Positions 19,001 to 28,094 of a DNA stretch of 64,000 nt are shown piece after piece. Under the pieces are notes generated by a model. It saw nothing but the letters and a program-made list of their open reading frames with translations, had not been told where the DNA came from and did no database searches. The DNA comes from Akkermansia sp. (GTDB lineage: Bacteria > Verrucomicrobiota > Verrucomicrobiia > Verrucomicrobiales > Akkermansiaceae), in NCBI GenBank assembly GCA_045637025.1, contig JAZTYM010000001.1, forward strand, positions 7,998 to 71,997, read 5' to 3'. Numbering within the stretch: position 1 is the stretch's first letter; every line of letters starts with the position of its first letter. The position numbers and the translations under genes were made by a program.

Positions 19001-19186
19001 TGGTATTTCTTCATCGCGTTCTTCCAGATATTTTCTGACTTCTGACGCAATGTGTGAGGGAAATTCTTTCCAAAATGCTTCTTTATGCAAGGGCTCGCTA
19101 AAGAAACTGCCTTTTCGCGCTTGTAGTTCTCGCTTAAGCGCATGTGTGAGGAAAAGATCGTAATAACCCTCGATGGTTTCGTCCAT
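16076..19186 (-). CDS. PLD(HKD)-nuclease / SF2 DEAH-box helicase / DUF3427 fusion protein
   Basis: 1036 aa. The HKD motif is HAKSYIFHRNTGFGSAYIGSSNIS. Helicase motif I is IIAATGTGKT and motif II is VVVDEAHHS. The C-terminal block with FHWQSQS is typical of DUF3427. The gene is visibly more AT-rich than its neighbours. Confidence 0.8.
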   Translation of the reverse strand: MDETIEGYYDLFLTHALKRELQARKGSFFSEPLHKEAFWKEFPSHIASEVRKYLEERDEEIPDKKLYDTVRSILTDERFIRHVADSIIPCDGRKLKAILPPHEEMNAKARPILPDTPLATSALLTGASHTPKLYEQIKKELLTCDRADWLVSFIRMSGITPIMPALREFTSKHAHDTTPCLRIATTVYLGVTEPKAIKLLQELPNTEIRVSYDTKSTRLHAKSYIFHRNTGFGSAYIGSSNISKVAMDNGLEWNVKISQRELKHLWDATIASFDSHWEDIRTFEPCQGEQGIVRLRNARKMEQGHSPAGSPMSFFDLHPYPYQEEALEDIARERSAGRNKHLIIAATGTGKTMIAAFDYKAFLKQHPGATLLFLAHRKEILEQALYSFRHVLKDGSFGCLIDKDNEPTNTTHWFCTIPSWLNQKDRFSAEHFQYVVVDEAHHSTATSYLNVLGGLHSLSLLGLTATPERMDGLDIVPHFGGSFTHELRLGDAINRALLCPFVYYGMSDVVDFSHVPWKSGKYDTAELEKKLVHNVQRAGWVLEQMNMRVEDITKRKTLGFCVSVEHARFMAQYCNERGVPALALTGTSPLEERNQAKQRIESGEICIIFTVDLFNEGVDIPMIDTVVFLRPTESVTVFLQQLGRGLRRSENKECLLVFDFIARQHTKFNYAQRFKALCSRSSTKDIQKMLQQGFSYLPTGCSITLEKEASERILENINHSIANLSRKKMVRELKEALRVHGKDHLSLHELLAEFGLESPEELYAKALPHVLHQLAKGEELHDERITPYEDKLKHGFMRLMHQNDAGLLQAVSTNLDTDSVLDPGALTSFYSVLWGASRPADTLDGLHQYVRRYDGLRQDLKELIQWTSARNGLFRSTQFPKTGSLKLHGHYTREQVLQALGMSTFEKTYPSREGVLKNQKMYVFFADINKNEDDFSPTTMYDDYAISDTLFHWQSQSTTTPQSETGKNFIHHEERDITIMLFIRKHKKTESGVSAPYTFLGPVRYVSHTGARPMSIKWKLEHAIPAHIAAWSKKAS

Positions 19187-19192
19187 GACACT

Positions 19193-19221
19193 ATCCTAAC
19201 ACTGCCAATGCGTTTCGTCAA
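19193..19221 (-). promoter_or_regulatory. Sigma70-like promoter of the PLD-helicase gene, leaderless geometry
   Basis: The minus strand reads TTGACG, a 17-nt spacer, then TAGGAT. A 6-nt gap separates it from ATG 19186. Confidence 0.45.
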
Positions 19222-19349
19222 TATAAGACTGATATGCAGAGGCGTGGTATTTTTTAGATTGTTGTAGTGCTAAGCTATTCGCCGGGGAGTAGGTTTGCGG
19301 CATGACACGGACACAGGGTCGGGAAGAAGGGCGAGGGCGGCCTAAAAAC

Positions 19350-19378
19350 TTGCGCAAACAGGTAGGGTCTGGTATACT
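19350..19378 (+). promoter_or_regulatory. Sigma70-like promoter of the Opp-like operon, leaderless geometry
   Basis: It reads TTGCGC, a 17-nt spacer, then TATACT. A 6-nt gap separates it from GTG 19385. Confidence 0.4.
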
Positions 19379-19384
19379 GCGCGC

Positions 19385-21022
19385 GTGCGAGGAACGGGAA
19401 TCATGGTGGCGCTGTTGGGGGCGATGCTGCTGACCAACTGTGGCGACAGACGCAGCTCTGCAGAGAAGTTTGCAGAGGCGGGGATTCTCGTCATTGGCAA
19501 CAATGCTGAGCCCCAGAGCTTGGACCCGCACAAGGCTACGGCTGTAGCGGATGGCAAAATCATCTCGACGTTGCTGGAGGGGCTGGTGCGGCCCGATGCT
19601 CGCGAGGAGGGACTGGTGCACCCGGGCATGGCAGCTCGCTGGGAGCACAATGCGGATGCGAGTGAGTGGACTTTTTACTTGCGAGACGCGGTGTGGAGCG
19701 ACGGGAAGCCCGTGCGCGCACAGGATTTCGTGTATGCCTACAAGCGTTTGTTGCATCCTGAGTTTGCGGGGCGCTACGCGGAGATGCTATACCCGCTGAA
19801 GGGGGCAGAGGCATACAACAAGGGGCGCGGCGGCTGGGATGCGGTGGGAGTGCAGGCGCTGGATGAGCGCACACTGCGGCTTACGCTGAATGGGCCTACA
19901 CCACATTTGCTGCAGTTGGTGCTGCATTTTACTTGGTTCCCCCTGCCAGAACACCATGTGGAGGCTTGTGGCGGTATGCTGGATCGCAGCAGCCGCTGGA
20001 CTCAGTTGGGAAATTGGGTTGGCAATGGCGCCTATGTATATAGCGGGCACCGTTTCAATGACTTTTTGAGTGTGAGCCCCAATGCTCGCTATTGGAGAGC
20101 AGGGGAGGTGCGCAACCGCGGCATTCGCTTCTTGCCGATTGTGAATGGCTACACAGAGACGCGCATGTATGTGGGTGGCAAGCTGCATATTACCAATAAT
20201 GTGCCACCGGAGATGCTGGCGCGCGCTTGCGAGGTGGTGCCGCAGCATTTTTGCCAAGATCCGTATTATTGCACCATTTTTTACCGCTTGAACACGACCC
20301 GCCCGCCGCTGGATGATGCGCGGGTGCGCCAAGCGCTTTCGCTGGCCATCGACCGCGACACTTTGGTGGGTAAGGTGGTGCGCGGTGCAGGCAAGCCAGC
20401 GGGGGTATTCACGCCGCCTGGGGCTGGGTATGCTGCCAAGCCACCAGCTTTCATGCAAGGTTGTAGCCAGCGCGAGCGAGAGGCCACCGCGCGGCGTTTG
20501 CTGGCAGAGGCCGGCTATGCGGAAGGAAAGGATTTTCCGGTGTTGGAGTTGATGACGACCTCTCGCGATGTGCAGCGCGTGATGGCCGAGACAATCCAAG
20601 CTATGTGGAAGGAGGTTCTGGGAATTCATGTGGAGATTCGCTCTTGCGAGTGGACGGCATACAAATCTGCCCAGCAGAGCATGCAGTATGATATTTCGTC
20701 TTCCTCGTGGAGCGGGGATTACTTGGATGCCTCTACCTTTGTGGAGTTGTGGCGGAGTGGCGGCGGCAATAATTGCACGGGCTGGGGCAGCCCTGAGTGC
20801 GATGCCGCCATCGAGGCGGCGCGTGTGTGTGGCGATGCCTCTGAGCGCAACGCCCACCTGAGCCGCGCGGAGAGTATCATGCTGGAGGCTCAGCCAGTCA
20901 TCCCCCTGTATACGAGTGAGCGCACCTATTTGAAGCACCCCGGCATAGAGGGGTGGCATCCGCTCATGCTTGATAACCACCCGCTCGATGCGGTACAACT
21001 CCCCGCACCCACCAAGCCATGA
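19385..21022 (+). CDS. ABC transporter substrate-binding lipoprotein, family 5 (Opp/Dpp-like)
   Basis: 545 aa with a GTG start. The lipobox-like N-terminus is MRGTGIMVALLGAMLLTNCG. Typical SBP5 sequence is seen in NAEPQSLDPHKA and WSDGKPVRAQDFVYAYKRLL. An alternative ATG exists at 19403. Confidence 0.85.
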   Translation: MRGTGIMVALLGAMLLTNCGDRRSSAEKFAEAGILVIGNNAEPQSLDPHKATAVADGKIISTLLEGLVRPDAREEGLVHPGMAARWEHNADASEWTFYLRDAVWSDGKPVRAQDFVYAYKRLLHPEFAGRYAEMLYPLKGAEAYNKGRGGWDAVGVQALDERTLRLTLNGPTPHLLQLVLHFTWFPLPEHHVEACGGMLDRSSRWTQLGNWVGNGAYVYSGHRFNDFLSVSPNARYWRAGEVRNRGIRFLPIVNGYTETRMYVGGKLHITNNVPPEMLARACEVVPQHFCQDPYYCTIFYRLNTTRPPLDDARVRQALSLAIDRDTLVGKVVRGAGKPAGVFTPPGAGYAAKPPAFMQGCSQREREATARRLLAEAGYAEGKDFPVLELMTTSRDVQRVMAETIQAMWKEVLGIHVEIRSCEWTAYKSAQQSMQYDISSSSWSGDYLDASTFVELWRSGGGNNCTGWGSPECDAAIEAARVCGDASERNAHLSRAESIMLEAQPVIPLYTSERTYLKHPGIEGWHPLMLDNHPLDAVQLPAPTKP

Positions 21023-21948
21023 TACGCCTATTGTTCAGACGCTTGGCCCAAGGCCTGCTGGTGGTGTTCGTGCTGGAGACCATTACTTTCTTTTTGGTGC
21101 GTTTGCTGCCGGGTAACCCCTTCTTGGGCGACCGCAAGCTGCCAGAGCATATCATGGCTCAGCTGAACAATCTGTATGGCTTGGATCAGCCGGCTTGGGT
21201 GCAATATCTAAATTATTGGAAGGGCATTTTGCTGCATGGTGATTTTGGCCCCTCGCTGGTGCGAGAGGGTGTGCAGGTGTCCACCATCATCTCGCAGGCA
21301 TTTCCCGTGTCTCTGGAGGTGGGTGTGGTAGGCATGCTTATTGCCGTGTGCGTGGGGATACCCGCAGGCATGCTGGCGGCGTGGTATCGCAACCGCTGGC
21401 CAGATGCTCTGCTCATGTTGCCAGCCATGGCCGGTATATGTATCCCGGCTTTTGTCACAGCGCCCGTCTTTGGGTTGGTGCTGGGCACACATGTGCCGGG
21501 GCTTAGCGTGGCGGGGTGGGATAATCCTCTGTGCGTGGTCTTGCCGGCGCTCACGCTGGGGCTTATCAATGCCGCCTACATTGCCCGCCTGACACGCGGT
21601 GGCATGGTAGAGGTGCTGGCGCAGGACTTTGTGCGCACGGCGCGCGCCAAGGGCTGTGGGCCGGTGCGCTTGTTGTATGTGCATGCCATGCGCAGCGGGT
21701 TGTTGCCCGCAGTCTCATACTTGGGGCCAGCGTTTGCGGCGCTTATCACTGGCTCATTTGTGGTGGAGACCTGTTTTCAAGTACCCGGCATGGGGTTGCA
21801 CTTTGTGAATGCAACGACCGATCGTGATTATTTCCTCATTCAAGGGCTAGTCTTCTGCTATGGTTCGCTCATTGTGGTAGCGAACTTGGTGGTCGATTTG
21901 GTCTTGGTGGCTCTCAACCCGCGCCTGCGTTCGCAGGGTACAGCATGA
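21019..21948 (+). CDS. ABC transporter permease (OppB/DppB-like)
   Basis: 309 aa. It starts with an ATGA overlap on the binding-protein stop. The N-terminus is MIRLLFRRLAQGLLVVFVLETITFFLVRLLPGNPF. The product is multi-TM with an EAA-like loop (FVRTARAKG). Confidence 0.9.
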   Translation: MIRLLFRRLAQGLLVVFVLETITFFLVRLLPGNPFLGDRKLPEHIMAQLNNLYGLDQPAWVQYLNYWKGILLHGDFGPSLVREGVQVSTIISQAFPVSLEVGVVGMLIAVCVGIPAGMLAAWYRNRWPDALLMLPAMAGICIPAFVTAPVFGLVLGTHVPGLSVAGWDNPLCVVLPALTLGLINAAYIARLTRGGMVEVLAQDFVRTARAKGCGPVRLLYVHAMRSGLLPAVSYLGPAFAALITGSFVVETCFQVPGMGLHFVNATTDRDYFLIQGLVFCYGSLIVVANLVVDLVLVALNPRLRSQGTA

Positions 21949-21958
21949 TATCCCCGCC

Positions 21959-22903
21959 ATGAGTTCTCCCGTCTACACACAAGGTAATTCACTCTGGCAA
22001 GACGCTATGCGGCGCTTGCGCAACAACCGTGCGGCTGTGGCATCTCTGGTGTTTTTGCTGCTGGTCACGGCGGCTTGTTTCCTGTTGCCTCTTCTCCCCT
22101 TCATTGCCAACCCCAACGATACGAATCTTGATAATATAGCGGGACCGTGTTGCTGGGAACATCCTTTTGGGACCGACCAGTTGGGGCGAGATTTATTGGC
22201 CCGCGTGCTCTATGGTGGCCGTATTTCTTTGCTGGTGGGTGCTGTGGCTACAGGCGTATCTCTGGTAGTGGGGTTGGTGTATGGATTGGTGTCTGGCTAT
22301 GTGGGCGGGCGCACCGATGCGCTGTTGATGCGCGCGGTGGATGTGTTGTTTGCGCTGCCCTTCATCGTGCTGGTGATTGTGTTCTCTCTGAGCATTGAGG
22401 AACCTGTGAAGGAGCTGACTACTTGGCTGGTGGAGACCACGGGATGGAGCCGCGAGAGCGTGGCGCCCATCTTGGGCTTGGTGCCGCTCTTTATTGCCAT
22501 TGGGGCCTTGGGCTGGCTCACGCTGGCTCGTATTGTGCGCACTCAGACGCTGGAAATCAAGGCTCAGGAGTATGTGATGGCCGCCCGCTCGCTGGGATTG
22601 GGGCACATGCGCATTCTTTTCCGCCATATTGCGCCCAATTTGCTGGGCACGGTGGTGGTGTATACCACATTGGCTGTGCCGGGTATCATGCTTACAGAAT
22701 CCACCCTTTCTTTCATTGGTTTGGGGGTCAAAGCGCCCAATTCTTCATGGGGTACGCTGATCAAGGAGGGCGCCGACCGCATGGAGGTATCTCCCGAGTT
22801 GTTGATTTTCCCCTCGCTTTTCTTCTGCCTCACCCTGCTGGCCCTCAACTTCTTGGGTGATGGTCTGCGCGATGCGATTGACCCCAAATCCGCTAAGGAT
22901 TGA
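21959..22903 (+). CDS. ABC transporter permease (OppC/DppC-like)
   Basis: 314 aa. It contains FGTDQLGRDLLARVLYGGRISL, typical of OppC-type permeases, and YVMAARSLGLG. It lies 10 nt after the preceding permease. Confidence 0.9.
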   Translation: MSSPVYTQGNSLWQDAMRRLRNNRAAVASLVFLLLVTAACFLLPLLPFIANPNDTNLDNIAGPCCWEHPFGTDQLGRDLLARVLYGGRISLLVGAVATGVSLVVGLVYGLVSGYVGGRTDALLMRAVDVLFALPFIVLVIVFSLSIEEPVKELTTWLVETTGWSRESVAPILGLVPLFIAIGALGWLTLARIVRTQTLEIKAQEYVMAARSLGLGHMRILFRHIAPNLLGTVVVYTTLAVPGIMLTESTLSFIGLGVKAPNSSWGTLIKEGADRMEVSPELLIFPSLFFCLTLLALNFLGDGLRDAIDPKSAKD

Positions 22904-23014
22904 TGGGGGTAAATGAGGCTTTGCCCGAGATGAGTCGCCACCCTATGCGGGGGGAGGGCAGTTTTGGTATGTAGGGCCGCTAGCTCTGCGGTGATGATAC
23001 TGTATTTGTATGGA

Positions 23015-23049
23015 GAAAAAAAGCGTGCTGTTCCAGATGAACAGCACGC
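23015..23049 (-). terminator. Rho-independent terminator of the beta-eliminating lyase gene
   Basis: The minus strand reads GCGTGCTGTTC-atctg-GAACAGCACGC followed by TTTTTTTCTCC. Confidence 0.7.
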
Positions 23050-23074
23050 GGAAATAGACGAATGTGAACGAGCT

Positions 23075-24526
23075 TTACAGGCTGTCGCCGAAGTCTTCGC
23101 GGAACTTGGCGGCCAGTTGCTCCTGCCAGTCGCTGAGCGGCTGCAAGCGGCCGAAGAAGAAGCGGAGCACCTCGGGTTCTTCCACCCACTTGAGACCACC
23201 GATGAGGTGGCGGTTGTCGTACAACCACTTCACGCGGTCGGCGCAGTACTTCACTTGGGAGAGGGTGAACACGCGGCGGGGGCAAGCCAAGCGCACGAGC
23301 TCCAAGTCTGCGTAGTGCTCGGAGCCATCGGGGTTGCGCTGCTCGGACAGAGAGCCACGCTCCATGCCGCGGATACCGCCGGCGATGTAGAGAGCCGTGG
23401 CGAGGGCACCAGCGGGGTACTGCTCGTGCGGGATGTTGGGCAGGAACTCAGAGGCGTTGATGTGAGCACCCAGACCACCGGCGGGCTTCACCATGGGCAC
23501 GCCGTATTCGGACAGCTCCTTCACCAAGTATTCAATGAAGATGGGGCCTTGGTTGATGATTTCTTCATCCAGCGTCTCCAGCAGACCCACGGCCATGGCT
23601 TCCATGGCGCGCACTTCCATACCACCGTAGGTGAGGAAGCCTTCGTAGAGCGGGATGAAGGCCTTCATCTTGAGGATGAGGCTTTCGTTGTTGGAAACGA
23701 TAGCACCACCGCGGGCGAAGCCGAGCTTGCGGCTGGAGAAGTAGATGAGGTCCATCTGGTCAGAAATCTTGCGGATGATTTCTGCGATGGTCATGTCCTT
23801 GGCTGCTTCTTCGCGCGTCTTGATGAAGTACAGGTTGTCCTGCAGCAGAGAGGCGTCCAGCACGGACATGATGCCGTATTCCTTACAGATGGCGGCGACT
23901 TCCAGCATGTTCTCCATGGAGAGAGGCTGACCACCGATGAGGTTGGTGCCGGCTTCGATACGGACAAAGGGAACGTGGTCGGCGCCCACTTCTTCGATGA
24001 GTGCGCGCAGGCGGGCGATGTCGAAGTTGCCCTTGAAGGGAAGCTCCAAGTTGGGGTCGAGACCTTCTTCCGTGATGAGTTCTTCCACGCGGCCGCCCTT
24101 GCGGGTGATGTGAGCCTTGGTGGTGGTGAAGTGGAAGTTCATGGGCACCACGTCGCCTTCCTTCACGAAGGTTTCCGCCAAAATGTTTTCACAAGCCCGA
24201 CCCTGGTGAGCCGGCAGGAGGTACTTGGTGCCGAACACCTGTTCGCTGACTTTGGAAAGACGGTTGAATGTCTCGGAGCCTGCATAGGAGTCGTCTGCCT
24301 GCATGGAGGCTGCCACCTGGTTGTCACTCATAGCGTTCACGCCAGAGTCGGTGAGCATGTCCATGAATACATCCTTGTTCTGCAGCAAGAATGTGTTGTT
24401 GCCGGCTTCGCGCAGCTTGGCTACGCGCTCTTCTACCGTGGGCAAAAACAGCTTTTGCACAACGCGAACTTTGTGCATTTCCAACGGTACTTGGTGTTCT
24501 TCTTTGTAGAACTTGACGACTGACAT
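23075..24526 (-). CDS. PLP-dependent beta-eliminating lyase (tryptophanase / tyrosine phenol-lyase family)
   Basis: 483 aa. It begins MSVVKFYKEEHQVPLEMHKVRVVQK and contains DSGVNAMSDNQ. The candidate PLP-lysine region is YFSSRKLGFARGGAI. Length and block order match the TnaA/TPL family. Substrate cannot be assigned from sequence alone. Confidence 0.8.
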   Translation of the reverse strand: MSVVKFYKEEHQVPLEMHKVRVVQKLFLPTVEERVAKLREAGNNTFLLQNKDVFMDMLTDSGVNAMSDNQVAASMQADDSYAGSETFNRLSKVSEQVFGTKYLLPAHQGRACENILAETFVKEGDVVPMNFHFTTTKAHITRKGGRVEELITEEGLDPNLELPFKGNFDIARLRALIEEVGADHVPFVRIEAGTNLIGGQPLSMENMLEVAAICKEYGIMSVLDASLLQDNLYFIKTREEAAKDMTIAEIIRKISDQMDLIYFSSRKLGFARGGAIVSNNESLILKMKAFIPLYEGFLTYGGMEVRAMEAMAVGLLETLDEEIINQGPIFIEYLVKELSEYGVPMVKPAGGLGAHINASEFLPNIPHEQYPAGALATALYIAGGIRGMERGSLSEQRNPDGSEHYADLELVRLACPRRVFTLSQVKYCADRVKWLYDNRHLIGGLKWVEEPEVLRFFFGRLQPLSDWQEQLAAKFREDFGDSL

Positions 24527-24560
24527 ATGCTTCTGTTGTTTTATGGTGAGTTTTCAGTTG

Positions 24561-24580
24561 CATTCGGCCACTGCCGAATG
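24561..24580 (-). promoter_or_regulatory. 8-bp hairpin in the long 5' UTR of the lyase gene
   Basis: It reads CATTCGGC-cact-GCCGAATG. It lies 35-54 nt upstream of ATG 24526 and downstream of the promoter at 24617-24645. No U-run follows it. Confidence 0.4.
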
Positions 24581-24616
24581 TTGAAAATTCAGCCGTGTGA
24601 ATTAAATGTGCGCGCA

Positions 24617-24645
24617 AGTATATGGTGTTTAGACTCTCTAGTCAA
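24617..24645 (-). promoter_or_regulatory. Sigma70-like promoter of the lyase gene
   Basis: The minus strand reads TTGACT, a 17-nt spacer, then TATACT. The leader is about 83 nt. Confidence 0.45.
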
Positions 24646-24749
24646 TCTTAATGTGCGCTCGTGCTCCCTGTATGACATGTGAGTAACCCCTTTTATAGCG
24701 CAAAAATAAGAAAAATTCTAAAAAAGTTAGTAAAAACTCACAAAAAGAC

Positions 24750-24778
24750 TTGCCAAAGGTGCAACGATGTGGTAAAAG
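24750..24778 (+). promoter_or_regulatory. Sigma70-like promoter of eno
   Basis: It reads TTGCCA, a 17-nt spacer, then TAAAAG. The leader is about 20 nt and carries AGGAG 9 nt before ATG 24806. Confidence 0.35.
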
Positions 24779-24793
24779 AGCGCAACGAGTTAG

Positions 24794-26077
<1,284 letters not shown>

Positions 26078-26109
26078 TGCCGCTGACCGCTACCCTATAA
26101 CGCAACATC

Positions 26110-26152
26110 CCCTCCAAGGTGGAAAAACCTTGGAGGGCGGTGTCGCGTTTTT
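26110..26152 (+). terminator. Probable terminator of eno
   Basis: It reads CCCTCCAAGGT-ggaaaa-ACCTTGGAGGG. The T-run (TTTTT) begins only about 10 nt later. Confidence 0.45.
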
Positions 26153-26273
26153 GTGTGTTCTGGCTGATTTTGTGCTCGCATTTGTTGGGGAAACAGGTAT
26201 AATGAGCGCAGCAAGGTATCACGTTGAGTGTTATTCTAGCTAAGCATTTCTCATCATAACATAATCACACATT

Positions 26274-26966
26274 ATGCAGTACACACACGAAGTCGAACAG
26301 ATGTGTTGCGTCAAGAAGGGCTGCAATCATGGCCCCGCTCCCATCCCCCAGGAAGGGGCTTGGACGCAATCCACCAAGATTGAGGACATTTCCGGCCTGA
26401 CCCACGGTGTGGGTTGGTGTGCTCCTCAGCAGGGTGCTTGCAAGCTCACCCTCAATGTGAAGAAGGGTATCATTCAGGAAGCTCTGGTCGAGACCATCGG
26501 CTGCTCTGGCATGACCCACTCCGCCGCTATGGCCTCTGAGATTCTTCCCGGCAAGACTGTGCTGGAGGCTCTCAACACCGACCTTGTGTGCGACGCCACC
26601 AACACCGCCATGCGCGAACTCTTCCTCCAGATTGTTTACGGTCGCACCCAGAGTGCATACTCTGAAGGTGGTCTGCCCATCGGCGCTGGTTTGGAAGACT
26701 TGGGCAAGGGCCTGCGCTCCCAGACTGGTACGCTCTACGGCACACTTGCCAAGGGTGCTCGCTACCTGGAGCTGGCTGAAGGCTACATCACCAAGCTTGC
26801 TTTGGATGCCGACGGTGAAATCACTGGTTATCAGTATGTGAAGATGGGCCCGATGATGGAAGACATCAAGAAGGGCATGGATGCCAACGAGGCTCTCAAG
26901 AAGCACACCGGCTCCTATGGCCGCTTTGCTGATGCCGCCAAGTACATTGACCCCCGCCACGAGTAA
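26274..26966 (+). CDS. IscU/NifU-N-like iron-sulfur scaffold-domain protein with a C-terminal extension
   Basis: 230 aa. The IscU-like Cys pattern appears in GWCAPQQGACKLTL and ETIGCSGMTHSAAMASEILPGKTVLEAL. About 110 further residues have no motif I recognise. Confidence 0.7.
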   Translation: MQYTHEVEQMCCVKKGCNHGPAPIPQEGAWTQSTKIEDISGLTHGVGWCAPQQGACKLTLNVKKGIIQEALVETIGCSGMTHSAAMASEILPGKTVLEALNTDLVCDATNTAMRELFLQIVYGRTQSAYSEGGLPIGAGLEDLGKGLRSQTGTLYGTLAKGARYLELAEGYITKLALDADGEITGYQYVKMGPMMEDIKKGMDANEALKKHTGSYGRFADAAKYIDPRHE

Positions 26967-26992
26967 AGAACCCTTAACACAAGAATAAGATT

Positions 26993-27994
26993 ATGCCTCT
27001 TTTTGAATCCTACTCCCGTCGTATCGACCAGATCCTCCCGGTTCTGCAGAAGTACGGTATCAACTCCTGCGAGGAAGCCGAGCAGGTTTGCCTTGCCAAG
27101 GGTATCGACGTGCGCGAAATCGTTCGCGGTATCCAGAACATTGCCTTCGAAAACGCTGGCTGGGCCTACACCGTGGGTGCTGCCATCGCTATCAAGAAGG
27201 GTTGCACCAAGGCTGCTGACGCTGCCGAGGCCATCGGTGAAGGTCTGCAGGCATTCTGCATTCCTGGTTCCGTGGCTGATGACCGCAAGGTAGGTCAGGG
27301 TCACGGTGACCTTGCCGCCATGCTTCTGCGCGAGGAGACAGAATGCTTCTGCTTCTTGGCTGGTCACGAATCTTTCGCTGCTGCTGAAGGTGCTATCGGT
27401 ATCGCTCGCCCCGCCAACAAGGTGCGCCAGAAGCCTCTGCGCGTGATCCTCAACGGCCTGGGCAAGGACGCCGCCTACATCATCTCCCGTATCAACGGCT
27501 TCACCTACTGCCAGACCAAGTTCGACTACGCCACCGGTAAGGTGGAAGTGGTGAGCAAGAAGGCTTTCTCCGATGGTGAACGCTCCAAGGTGAACTGCTA
27601 CGGCGCTGACGACGTGCGCGAAGGCGTGGCTATCATGTGGCTGGAAGGTGTGGACGTGTCCATCACCGGTAACTCCACCAACCCCACCCGCTTCCAGCAC
27701 CCCGTCGCTGGCACATACAAGAAGGAATGCGTGATTGCTGGCAAGAAGTACTTCTCCGTGGCCTCCGGTGGTGGTACGGGTCGTACCCTGCACCCGGACA
27801 ACATGGCTGCAGGTCCCGCTTCCTACGGCATGACCGACACGCTGGGCCGCATGCACAGCGATGCTCAGTTCGCTGGCTCCTCCTCCGTGCCCGCTCACGT
27901 GGAAATGATGGGTCTCATCGGCATGGGCAACAACCCCATGGTCGGTGCCACCGTTTCCGTGGCTGTGGCCATCGAAGAAGCCATGGGCAAGTAA
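26993..27994 (+). CDS. GGGtGRT-family protein (conserved, function unknown)
   Basis: 333 aa. The eponymous motif SGGGTGRTLHPDN is encoded at nt 27767-27787. The gene starts 26 nt after the IscU-like gene and ends at a strong terminator. Confidence 0.8.
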   Translation: MPLFESYSRRIDQILPVLQKYGINSCEEAEQVCLAKGIDVREIVRGIQNIAFENAGWAYTVGAAIAIKKGCTKAADAAEAIGEGLQAFCIPGSVADDRKVGQGHGDLAAMLLREETECFCFLAGHESFAAAEGAIGIARPANKVRQKPLRVILNGLGKDAAYIISRINGFTYCQTKFDYATGKVEVVSKKAFSDGERSKVNCYGADDVREGVAIMWLEGVDVSITGNSTNPTRFQHPVAGTYKKECVIAGKKYFSVASGGGTGRTLHPDNMAAGPASYGMTDTLGRMHSDAQFAGSSSVPAHVEMMGLIGMGNNPMVGATVSVAVAIEEAMGK

Positions 27995-28025
27995 TTTGTC
28001 CTGCTTTTTCCTAACACATTAGAAC

Positions 28026-28066
28026 AAACGCCCTGTTCGAGTTGCTCGGACAGGGCGTTTTGTGTG
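28026..28066 (+). terminator. Rho-independent terminator of the IscU-like/GGGtGRT pair
   Basis: It reads AAACGCCCTGT-13 nt-ACAGGGCGTTT followed by TGTGTGG. The T-run is part of the stem end. Confidence 0.65.
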
Positions 28067-28094
28067 GAGCGGGCAGAGTCTGTGCCCTGGGGTA

